This document shows, piece by piece, positions 23,401 to 34,628 of a stretch of DNA of 64,000 nucleotides. Made by a program: the position numbers and the translations under genes. The notes under the pieces were generated by a model. That model was not told the DNA's origin. It searched no databases and worked only from the letters and a program-made list of their open reading frames with translations. This DNA is from Bilabrum cf. latius (taxonomy: Eukaryota), in NCBI GenBank assembly GCA_965178125.1, contig OZ237735.1:186001-250000 (forward strand), given 5' to 3'. Position 1 is the stretch's first letter. Every line of letters starts with the position of its first letter.

Positions 23401-25350
23401 CCCACCTTTGATCCCGTTGCCTTTGTGGATTCCTTGAATGGGTATGCGCTCTGGGCTACGTTCGGAGAGGACATCCTTGTCGCGGTTGCCCTTCTAGATG
23501 GCATTATGCTTGCCGCATGCGTGGGTGCAGCGGCCATTTGCTACGGCTGCTTCTGCATGCGGAAGAAGAGACAACCCCTGGTGCAGAAGGGCCGTGCGTC
23601 AGCTCAACAAACTCGCGAAGCGACGTCCGACAAGAGCAACGGGGTTGAGCTCACAGATGCGGGCAGCAACGCCGGCAGCACCAACCCCGGCGCCATGCTC
23701 GCGGTCGGGTTCATGTCGGGGACCAGCGCGGATGGTGTGGATGCAGCCGCGCTTCTGACCGATGGCCTCTTCCACACGCAGCTGCTGGCCACGGCAGCCC
23801 TCAGCTTCTCGGACGAGGAGCAGCAGCTGATCAAGGGAGCCATGTGGCAAGGATCATCAACCAGCGAGGCAGGGAGCAGTGCCAGCAAAAGCCCCAGCTT
23901 CGATGCCTCCTCGCCGCAGGCCTCTGCCGCCAGGGACATCGTCACTGGGGGATACATCGCTGCCGCACAGCGCCTCGCGGGCACACTGCAGCCAGCCATC
24001 GCGGAGTGGTGCGAGACTTGCTCGACGCAATCGGTGGAACAGCTGGTGCTGTCAAAGGAACGAGCGCACGTCGGCGCGATCCGGCGGGTGCTGCAAGAGG
24101 CTGCTGCTTTCAGTACCAAAGCCAAGGGCATGAAGCAAGGAGGAAGCAAAGGGAAGGCATCAGCGGGAGGCGGCAAACCAGACGGCTCCACCGCACCGAC
24201 ACCGCCGCAGACCGGCAGGAACACCGGAGAGGCCTCCACGTCCACGCCAACCCTCAAACTCACGCCAACCCTCAAACTCACGCCAACCCTCAAACTCCCC
24301 GGCGTGCTCCTGGGCATGCACGGCCAGACGCTGTACCACAACCCCGGGGTGGGAAGGTCGGTGCAGGTGGTTGACGCGCCGTCAGTGCTGGAGACATCGG
24401 GAGCGAGCGCGGGCGTGCACTCGTTCCGGTCTCTCGACGTGATGAGGGGCGGGCAGGGGGCGCCCCTGGCCCCCTTGTTCCACGCTGCCATCGCGGTGCA
24501 GGCTGCGGCCGAGGGCCGGCCCGGCGTGCGGCTGCCCCTCGCCGTTGTGAACCTCGGCGGAGTGGCCAACATCACGTTTGTTGGTGCACGGGCGGCCGAG
24601 CTGGTGGCGGGGTCCGCCTCGGATGCATCGCACGGCGGTGCGGGCGACTCACTCGTAGGGTTCGATTGCGGCCCGGGGATGGCCCTCCTCGACGACGAGC
24701 TGTCCGCGGCGGCGTGCTGCCCCTCCTCCTCCTCCCCATCCTCCTCGGTTTCGGTTTCGGTCCCTCGCTTCGATGAAGGGGGCTAGATCGCGATGAAGGG
24801 GACCCCCGATATGGAGGCAGTGGACGCCATCGTGGGGCACAATGCGGGCGGCGGAGGTGATGGCGATGAGGTGGGCGACGGTGCGGGGGGCTTGTTGTTC
24901 TTCCAGCAGTCCCCTCCCAAATCGCTCGACCGGAACCAGCTCAGAGCCATGGTGCGACGCCATTTGCCCGCACTGACGCACGGGGGCAGCGATTTCGATT
25001 CCGAGTTGGCGGACAGGTGCGCCACGCTCGCCGCCCTGACAGCGAGAGGGGTGGGGCTGGGCCTCGGGCACCTCCCTGCTCGGCCCGTGTGCGTCATAGT
25101 AGCGGGAGGTGGCAGGAAGCACGGCGCCGTGATGCGGGGGATCCGGAGGGAGGCCCAGGCCCAGGCTCACGGTGCGCGGGTGCTCACCGCCGAGGAGGCC
25201 GGGTGGGACGGGGACTAGCTCGAGGCGCAGTGCTTCGCATGGCTCGCCGTCAGGAGGATCCGCGGGCTGCCCACGAGCCTCCCGTGCACCACCGGGACTA
25301 GCCAGCCAACGTGCGGCGGGGAGGTGGTCGTTGCTAGCCGCGAGGAGTGA
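20488..25350 (+). CDS. PhoD-like metallophosphatase - transmembrane helix - anhydro-N-acetylmuramic acid kinase (AnmK) fusion, ~1620 aa
   Basis: One frame from ATG 20488 to TGA 25348, with TAGs at 20770, 20830, 21055, 21181, 21466, 21778, 22558, 24784 and 25216. PhoD motifs [43 protein letters not shown] segment [29 protein letters not shown] then RKKR. AnmK motifs [64 protein letters not shown]. Confidence 0.85.
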
Positions 25351-25546
25351 GTGACAGTGGGGAGAAAGCGGACGGCATCGCATGGCCGTCACCCGTCGAA
25401 GTGCGACGCGGCAATCGTTTGCGACCAAATCGTGCGACTACGGTTGCAACCACTTGTATTCGGTGGGCGTTGATCCATTCCCTATCCTTTCAGGGCCCAT
25501 TTTGTGATAGATTATATCCATTATTCATAAATTTGCGTACATATTC

Positions 25547-28500
25547 ATGCAACTTGTCATTGCAGTGTGTTGCGCGCTCTTTCTGGTCCAGATAGCTGAA
25601 GCAGTCATCCATGGTGCCCATCGGATTGAACAGGCGTCCGTCCTAGCTCAAGATATTGCCGAGGCTGAATCCATTGCAAGCAATGGCGAAGCCTTTGCGC
25701 CAGTCCGCGCCGGGTTGCCGTTGCAACGACTTGGCCCGAAAGATGCGCTCGGCGGAGGGGGGGCGTGGCTTCGGATGGACTCTGGAGCCACAACATACTT
25801 TGCTGGCGCGATCGGCTCCGATATCGGACTGGACGGAACGGTTGCAAGTACAGCCGGTAGTGTGCACATGCTCCAAACTTAGCTCCTATCAGCAGTCTCG
25901 GGCAACACGCCTGCCGCGCCGCTTCCTCGACAGATGGTATCCCACGCCGACACGCTGGCTGCAGACCAGAGGGGAAACCTGAGCACGCTCATAACCGCAA
26001 ATAATCTATTTGGAGCAGCTATTGCCCCGATCCCAGCCGAGGACAGGAGCGGGCTGGCGCGCGGAGGCGGCGCCGTCGCCGACACAAACGAGCTCACCCC
26101 CGAGCTCGCGATTGGCATCCCGGGCGCCAACGCGCTGGTGCTCGTCTCGGTGCACGAGACGTCCGGCGGGGTCATGCATGCGGGCAGCACCGTGCGCCTG
26201 TCCTCGGCGACGGAATCGGGGCTCTCCACCCGCACCCGCACGGGGGACGAGTTCGGCGCCAGTGCCGCTGCCCTGCACGACCACAGCAGGCTCACCGGCC
26301 TGCCTGTGATGGCCGGGGCCCCGCGGTAGGCCTTCTCCGAGTCAACCGCGGAGCAGATGGTCCTGGCGGTGGGGGCCCCTGGGGCGGGCCCTCGCCTCCC
26401 CCTGGACGTTGGGGGTGCAGATGGGTGCTCGTCACACTGCGGCGAGCTGTGGATCCTGAGGCTGCAGCGGTCAGACGCGGGGCACGCGCAGCCGGGGCTG
26501 CAGCCCGCGGGGAGTCCCTGGCGATGGGAAGTGACGAGCGAGTCAAGGATCGCGCCCTCCATGGCCGGTGCCCCCGCTGCCCTCTCCGCGCTGGCTGCCT
26601 CTGCCGGAAGCCAGCCCAGGTTCGGGGCCTCTGTAGCCTCGCTGGGGGACGTGGACAGCTCGGGGACGATGGAATTGGCCGTGGGAGCGCCGGGCGCAGA
26701 CGGCGGGGACGGAGCCGTGCTTGTTCTGTCCCTTTCGTCCAACGGGCAGCTCAACTCCGTGGACGCCACGCTCTCTCTGGCGGCCAGCGGGTCTGTCCTC
26801 GGGTCCCTGGGGCTGGGTGCCGCAGGATCGTCCGCCGCTCTGGGGTCTTCCGTCGCCGTGGTCCGTTCCCAGGACGTGGGCGTCTCGGATTCGACCCTGG
26901 TGCTCGCGGTGGGCGCCCCCGGAGCGGACGAGGGCCGCGGGGTGGTCGTGCTGGCGGTGCTGCAGGGGGCCGACATGACCCTCCCTCGAGCGGCATCGAT
27001 CGGCAGGGCCGGCGCGGGCGCCAGCATTGACTTCCCGGCGGATGCGGTGACGGGCGCTCGCCCGGGAGACCGTCGTGGCTCCTCGCTGTTTGCAGTGGCG
27101 TGGTAGGCAGCGGGAGGGGCCACGGACGCGGACGGTGACGCCAGCACGGCCGAGCTGCTGGTGGGGGCGGAGGGGCACGACGGGGGCTCGGAGGACTCGG
27201 GGGCGCTCTTCGTGGCGTCGATGACCTTCAGCGGTGTGACGAGTGGAACCCTGACCGTGGACGTGGAGCGGGTTCTCGAGCTGTCGGCGGATGGCGGGAT
27301 TGCCCGCACTGAGAGCTCTGCCGGCTCCGGGGACGGCGGTGCCCCGGGGGCTCTCTCCGCGAGCGGCGCGGCGTGGAGCGGCGGGCTGGGTGCTTCCTTC
27401 GCAGATCTGGGGAACACGGCTCTGGACGGGTCGGTGTCCTCTCGAGAGATCGCTGTCGGGATGCCCGAGAGCGGCGCGGGGGCGGCTGCAGCGGTGGGCC
27501 CCGGCCTGGTCGCCATGCCTGCGGGTGACTCCGCCTTGCAGTCACACGCCCCGCCCGACAGCACGGGGGCGGTGCTGATCGCTTCTCTCGTGCCCGCTGA
27601 CGTGAGCAGCGCGGGATACACCGGATCGCCTTCCACGCAGGCCGCGCCCCCTCGCGTGGTGTCCGTCACTGAGATCAGCGCGACGGCGGGCGGGCTCTCA
27701 ATGGCCGCCGTGCAGCACGCCCGCACGGCGGCCGCAACCGCACTGACGCCGCCCTCTGCCGCCTCTGCCCTGGTCCAGGACGAGGCCGGGTGGCCGCTGC
27801 TGCCGGGAGACGAGTTCGGGTCCAGCATCGCGAGCGCGGTGGTGAATTCCGACGACGGGACATCGTCCAACCACTGGCTAGCCGTGGGCGCGGCGGGTGA
27901 TGGAGGCCTGGGCAGGCAGGCCACGGGCAGGAGCACGGGGGCGGTGCACGTGCTGCGGATGACACCAGCCCCGGCTGGGATGCGGCACGTGGCATCGGCA
28001 CAGGCGTCTGCCGTGTTCCCAGAGACATCTGCCGGCGGCACTGCTTTCCACCAGTCCAGAGGGACCGCAGCTGGCGTGTCGCACCGGCTGCGTATCGCCA
28101 CTGACACGGTCCCGGAGCTGGCGGAGTATGCCGCCCGTGTGAAGGTGCTGGCGGACGACCGCGGGTTGGAGCGGTTCGCCTGGCGCTTCGGAGAGGCCGT
28201 GGCGCTTGGGGAGCTCCCGCGCGCGCCTTCCTCCTCGCCGCCGTCGATTGGGCAGCACTCCAGCTACACGGAGGAGGCAGCGGATCTGGCGCTATTCGTC
28301 GGTGTGCCCGGGGACTGGGACGAGGAGGGAGACAGGCGGGGCGAGTTTCGTGGCAGCCTGGTGGTCATCCGGCTGATTGCGGACGCAGACGGGGCCCCTG
28401 CGCTGCCGACTGCCGCGGCCGCAGCGGCAGCAGGCTTCGACCGCGTGATCCGCGTGGACGACGTGGCGATGAACTACAGCATGGGGCTCCAGGACAGAGA

Positions 28501-29872
28501 CTTCTTGGGTTCCTCCATCGCTCTCCTAGGGGACGTGAAGAGGACCGCGCACTCGCTGCAGGTGGCGCTGGGGGCGCCGGGCAGGGACGCTGGCGGGTCA
28601 CGCGGTCTGCAGAGCGCCCGCGGCGCGGTGTTCATCTTAACGCTGGGGCCCAACGGATACCCCGGGCTGCCGCGAGACACTGAAGTTCCCATCGATGACA
28701 CGTCCTCCAACCCTCCACCCATCGCCGGCGACCCGGATGCAGGATCGGTGGGTCGGCGGGACGTTCCCACGTCTCGTACGGTCACCCGGTACCCCGTCGT
28801 GCTAATCGACGGGAGCACCCCTAGCCTGGCTGGCAAGGTCACAACGGCGGCTTCTCTTGGCACGGCGCTGGCAGCGGTTGAAGTCGATGGGAACCCGCTC
28901 ACCGCTGAGTTCCTCGCAAGTGCACCGGGTGCAGGCGACCCCGAGGGCTCCGGAGTCGTGTTTCTGATGCGGTATGAGCCGGACAACGACGTGATTCGTC
29001 CGACGGACTACTTCAACGGGGCGACGCTGGAGCTGCTCGACGTCATGTCGGCGTCTGTTTCGGCCGTCTCAGGGACTGCGGCAGCCACGGCCGCGCTGCT
29101 GGGGCCCCAGCTAGAGATGGACGATGGGTTTGGGCACAGTCTTGCGGCGGTCGACGCGTCGGGGTCGGGATCCAGCCTCACGCTGGGCTCTTCGCAATCC
29201 TCGCCGGGGGACGGGACGAGGGTGTACGCCATCGTTGGTGCCAACGGACACGACGGCGCGTCGGGGCAGAGGCATGCAGGCGTGGCCTATGCCGTGGAGC
29301 TCCCGAGGACGGTACCTGCGGGCGTAGTGCCGTCCACCTCGCCCACCCCGAGCCCCACCCCGTCCATCACGCCGTCCCCGAACGCGTCCGTGTCGGCTCT
29401 CCCGGCCAACTGCTCGGACCCAGGACAGGTGCTGGCCAACCCTGAGTTTTGCGGGCAGTTCGAGGAGAACCCCGAGGACGCGGGGCTGACAGCGACGGAG
29501 CTGGCCGTGATCCTCGTGATCGTCTTTGTGATCCTCATCATTGTGGGCATCGTCGCGTACTGCCTGTACCAGCGGCACCAGAACATGGTCGAGGGGCGGG
29601 AGTACAAGGTCAAGAAGACCACGGACGAGGAGGCGCAGGCTTGGCTGTGGGGGGCCAAGCAGAAGGACGGGGCCGCACTCACGAACATATCTGAGAAGCT
29701 AGCGGAGGAAAAGAAGGGCATCAAGCGATCAGATGTTGGGGCTAGCATTCAGGCGGGCATCTATGACAACGTGGACGAGGAGGCGGCGGGCAGGGCCACG
29801 ACGACCGGACGGTCCAAGAGGAAGGGCAAGAAGCACAGGGCCGGGCGCAAGCGAGGGGCGGCGGCGGTGTGA
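25547..29872 (+). CDS. FG-GAP (integrin-alpha-like beta-propeller) repeat type I membrane protein, ~1441 aa
   Basis: Signal peptide MQLVIAVCCALFLVQIAEA. Many FGxS...LAVGAPG repeats, a PT-rich stalk, TM segment LAVILVIVFVILIIVGIVAYCLY, and a basic tail. TAGs at 25880, 26327 and 27104. Ends TGA. Confidence 0.85.
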
Positions 29873-30030
29873 GTCTGTCTGTCTCAGGATCAATCTTGTT
29901 GATGCTTTGTTCTTTGTTCCACCATAAACTCATCTCTAAATCAAAGATATAGCCAAAAGCCACATGACCTGGCATCAATGCAACGACTCGGAATCACCGA
30001 GCAGGATCCGCACCCCTGCGTGCCTCACCG

Positions 30031-33000
30031 TCAGTGTCGCTCCCTCTTCCCGCCAATGAGGCTCAAGAGGACTGGAATCACCAGCAGGGCATGAAACAGG
30101 CCCACGCTGAGCACCAGGAAGAGGCACACAAAGAAGCACCGGAAGATGTACGACGTGGACCCTGACAGCAGCGCCACTCCGAGCAGAGAGGACAGGCCTC
30201 CGTACAGCACCGGCCGTCCAAGGCTTACAAGCGACACGATCACGCGGGCTCTAGGCTCCGCTCCGCCCCACACCCACGTCTCTGGGATGTTGAGTGTCCT
30301 TTCCACCGCGCCGGCGAGCCCGCACATCTCCCCCCTCCCTGCATTGAGGCACGGCAGCGGCTTGCCCACGCCTGTTGGCCTGTCCCCATCTCCATCGCCA
30401 CTGATAACATAGTAAGGCGCGGCACTCTCGACGGCTTCAACTGCCGGTCTCCCGGCGGCAGCCGCGCTCCTCGCCCTCACTGCAGAGCCCCCCAGGTCCA
30501 CCCCGGCATCCTCACGGGGCGCGCTAGTTGCCCCTATTTCCTCTGGTTTCTCTTCTTCCCCGGCAGTACTGGAGGAACCGCTCGCGCCTCGACCGTTGAA
30601 GATGGCACCATTGGGCCCCTCAGCACCGTCAACCGCGCCCCCCGCTCTTCCATGCCCCTACCCCTGCCCCTCGCCACCAAGGGCATGGTGCTTCCTCTTG
30701 AGCATGAATGGTCCCGTCCACTCGTTGCCCCACGCCTAGTAGAAACCCTCGGCGGGGTGAGAGACCATGTCCAGACTGATGCCTAGCCCCAGGCATAGGT
30801 TGATTGCAGTCACCGAGTTCAGGTCGATGCCCTCCCCGCCCCACATGGCCATTCCGCCGAGCACCCCCACGTCGATGGACACGAGCATCATGCCCACCAG
30901 CAAGACAACAGGGAGGGAGGGCAGTAGCACGATCGCAACCAGGATCATGGCCGCAGCGCAAACCAGCAGGGTCTGGATGGTGGAGTACCTAACCGAGTTG
31001 AACTGCTCGAAGAACAGGAAAGGCTCGAACCACAGCCTCGCGGGAGCAGACGCTCGCTGTCCGACGGGCGCCCGGTGGTCTCCCACTCCTTCGTCTAAAG
31101 AGGCCCTCAGGTTCACCATTGCCTGGCCCATGTCCATTGATGAGTACAGCGGGGTCGTGCGCACCTCTACTTTGGAGGACACCACGCACGGCGCGCTCGT
31201 AGGATCCACGGATTCGTTCCTAGCCAGCGCTCCCTGCGCGGCACCCGCATCGGCGAGAAAGTTCGAAGCACCCTCGCTCCCCGGCACATACAGCCGCGAG
31301 CCATCCCCTGCCGGCGTGCCGTCTGCGTGCAAGTCAGCGGGATCCATTACCCCAGAGCAGACGGCCCGCCCTCGCGCCAGCGCAAAGCTCGGCCGCAGCA
31401 TCGGCCCGATGACATCCGTGCCCACGAGATCTGCCAGCACCTGCATGAACTGCGGCTGGGTCATGTCCTCGGGGTAGGATCGGATCAGGCGGAGCCCCTC
31501 AAACCACGGCAGCCAACTCTGGCCCACCCCGTTGCCGTCTAGCGAAGTGCCGAGCAGCTCGGCCAGCGAGCTGAGCCCGTCTCGGCAGGCCTGCAGCCGG
31601 AAGCAAGAGGGGGACGGCCAGCCGTCGGTCCCGAACCCAGCATCCACGGCAAATTCCACGGGCCGGCTTTCTACCCCCCGGAGTCTGGCGCGCATGTCCT
31701 ACGCACCATGCTGCTGGTCTACCGGAGAAGACAGGCCAACTAGCATCCTCAAATGGCCAGTGGCTGACTGGCCACGAGTCCTTGCTGCTGCTGCTGTTGC
31801 GATGCCTTGCAGCGCGTGTCTGGGATCCGTGCCGTCCGCACTGAGGTCAAGGGGGAGCTGCAGGCCCCCGAACTGCTCTTCCTGCGCCTCGAAGAAGTCG
31901 TGCACGTAAGAGTCGTCCGGCGCTAGCTGCTGCAGCTCCAGGTTTTCGCCAAGGTTGCGGATGGCTGACCCGAACACGGCCAGGTACACAACCCACAGCA
32001 CCAGCACTGCCACCCTCACCTCGGCTCGCATGAGGAACGGGGCTAGGCTGCTGGCACATGCCCTGTCGCACGCCCCCGACAGGACGGGGACGTCGTGGCT
32101 CTGCCCGTGCTGCGAGCCGCTGGGCTAGTCGTACAGTTGCTGCTCGTCCTCTCGCACGTGCTTTGCCTCAGTGATGGCAGACTCCAGAGACACGAACGGA
32201 GTGTTTCGGAAGCAGGTGCAGAGCAGCCTGTCTTCGGGGACGAATGATCGCCCGGGGAAGTCCATTCTCACCGCTACGTCCTACTGAAGCTGCCCGGTAC
32301 CGTTCATGTCTTGCTCGCCATCATCCTCTGCTACCAGCATGGGCCCGTCCTCTCCTTCCATCCCATTCAAGGATCCGTTGAAAGACCCCGGAGCCACCGC
32401 GGGAGCAGCGGCATCGTTGAGAGCATAGCCTCCATTGATGCTGGACCCGGCCTGATGACCTCGGTCGTGATCCTGATCCTCCTGCAACATGGCGTAGCTC
32501 TTGGAAACAGACCCGTCTCCATCAATGTCAGACCCAGGGGCACAGCAGCTGAAGGTACACGGCAGACGAACATCCCTGCTGCAATCAAAACGAGCGGTGG
32601 CGCCGACCACAGAGCCATCCCTCCGCACGGCCGGGTCCGAGCACGGAAAGCTGGCGAAACAGCCCCGCGGCTGCCCGTCGGCCTCTTGCACGCAACTCAG
32701 CATGCACGACGGACATATGGCCACGTCGTCATCGTGCTCCGGGCCCAGGCCGGCACCCACAGGGTGTGCCACCCGCCCGCAGCACATCGCCGATCGCCCC
32801 TGCGCCTCCCTGCGTGCGTCCAGCACCATCCAAGCCGTGAAGAAGGTGATCTGCAGCACGTAGTCACACAGGACTGTGGCCACTGCATACAGGCAAAAGT
32901 TCTGCACGCCCCGCTGCTGGGTGAGCAGCCCACCCACGGCGAACGCCAAGCAGTCCGTGATGCTCGTCACGGTGATCGCCACGCCGGCCTCGCGCATGGT

Positions 33001-34395
33001 GACGGCCAGCCGCTTGCGCAGGCCCCACCGCCTGGGCATGCGGCTGAGAGCTGCCTGCAGAACGAAGGCGTCATCGATGCCCAGCCCGATCGCCAAGAAG
33101 GGCAGACTCGCGTTCAGCAGCACGAACTTGATCCCCACGATGGCGCACAGCCCAAAGGCGAGGGGCACAGCCAGCCCCGCGCTGATGACTCCCGCCTGCA
33201 CCAGGGCCTGCCTAGAGACGAGAGTGTCGATCGAACCGGAGGCCATCGTGGCGAACATGCACATGAGTGCCGCGGTGGACACCACCAGTGGTATATCCGT
33301 TGAGCTGGACTCCTCGATGCCGTCGTCCAGCGAGCGCCCGGCGAGGTAGACCAGCTCCACGCCCACCCGAGGTGCTTCTGCGCTCAGCTTGGATGAGCTG
33401 GCCGAGCTGCTGGAGTCTCCGCCTGATAGTGGCGATGCCACTGGGAGCGCAGGGAGAGAAGATCTCTGCAGCTTCTTCCTCCACTTCTCCATGGTCTCGA
33501 TGAAGCCGAGCTCCCAGTGCTGCACCCGCATCGAGGCCGGCGACCTGATCGAGCCTGTCGGGCCGTCCCCACTCCCGCTGATCGGGTCCGTCCAGTCGTC
33601 CAGCGTGACCTAATAATCCATGCGGAGTGCACTCGCCCCCACCATGAGAGCATCTCCCTCGAGCTCGGGGCGGCCCGCAGACATTGGCAGGTAGGCCACC
33701 GCGTGGTTTGCGTCCTGCTGCAGGCACACCGGGAAGGTGGCCGGAATCGCAGCCTACGCGGAATCGGTGCCGGGCAAGTAGCCACCATCTAGAATAGAGT
33801 CCAAATTTTTCCTGGCGTCGTCGACAACCGAGCTATTGAATGCGCACAGAGGAGCTCCACTAGCAGAGCAATCGCCACCGCTGCCAGGCTGACACACATC
33901 ACGCATTGTGGTCTTTGGTATCTCGCCAGCAGCTTGCACTGCAGTGGCCAATACATCATCGTGAATTGCCATTGCTAACGCAATCCCTTCCGCTGTCCAT
34001 ATCCCACCAGAGAACCCCTCTGCATCTTCTGTCTTCTGCACATTTCCCGCACCCTGTATTCCTGTCGATTTCAGGATCCAAGACTCAGCCCTGGTGCTAT
34101 TGTAGGGAAACAAAACTCGCACGACTTTGCGGTCTACCTTTGCGCGGGACAGTTTCGGGCTGAATAGGTATTGCGAGGAGGTGGCCACCTCCTGGTGGAG
34201 CATCCCAGCGCTACCCAGCATCACCACCAATAGGCACGAGACAATTACGCACCAAGGGCGCTAACCAACCGCAATGTACTCGCCCCATGCCTCGAACCCG
34301 TGCTGTATGGAGTGCTTTACGATGTGGGAAGCCTTGCTCCAGCCCGGGGGGCAGCAGCCGCCGTCGCGTGGATGCGCAGCGATTTCCCGCAGCAT
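30031..34395 (-). CDS. Patched/NPC1-family sterol-sensing-domain (RND) membrane protein, ~1454 aa
   Basis: ATG 34395. SSD motifs LPFLAIGLGIDDAFVL and EAGVAITVTSITDCLAFAVG. Second half has LAPDDSY, FLFFEQF, LGLGISLDMVSH, SYIFRCFF, GLFHALLVIPVLLS. TAGs at 34261, 33754, 33610, 32281, 32125, 31699, 30736 and 30658. Ends TGA. Confidence 0.9.
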
Positions 34396-34628
34396 TGGCA
34401 ACTGCCGAATAACAATTGGAGTAGCAGGCTCTTTAGCTTGCGCAAAGGGGCACGCAGGGATCGCTCAAAGGACACGAAGTGCTCCTGTGTTCCTGTCACG
34501 CTGACGACGATTCGGCAGCTGGTTGGACGCGTGCAACAGAACAGTGTGACGTGTCGTCATCGCGTGTTCGCCCCGCTCCTAGAAGGAATCCGAGCGCTGG
34601 AGGTCTCGTTTCATTGGATTCAAAGCAC

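Noticed and set aside
23695-25350. Bacterial contamination, given the AnmK and PhoD domains
   Set aside because: The domains are contiguous with intron-containing eukaryotic genes and use the same in-frame TAG codons.
25879-28107. Long antisense or alternative-frame ORFs (e.g. 25879-28107, 57037-59790, 5147-6661)
   Set aside because: These are shadow ORFs of GC-rich coding DNA with no recognisable motifs.
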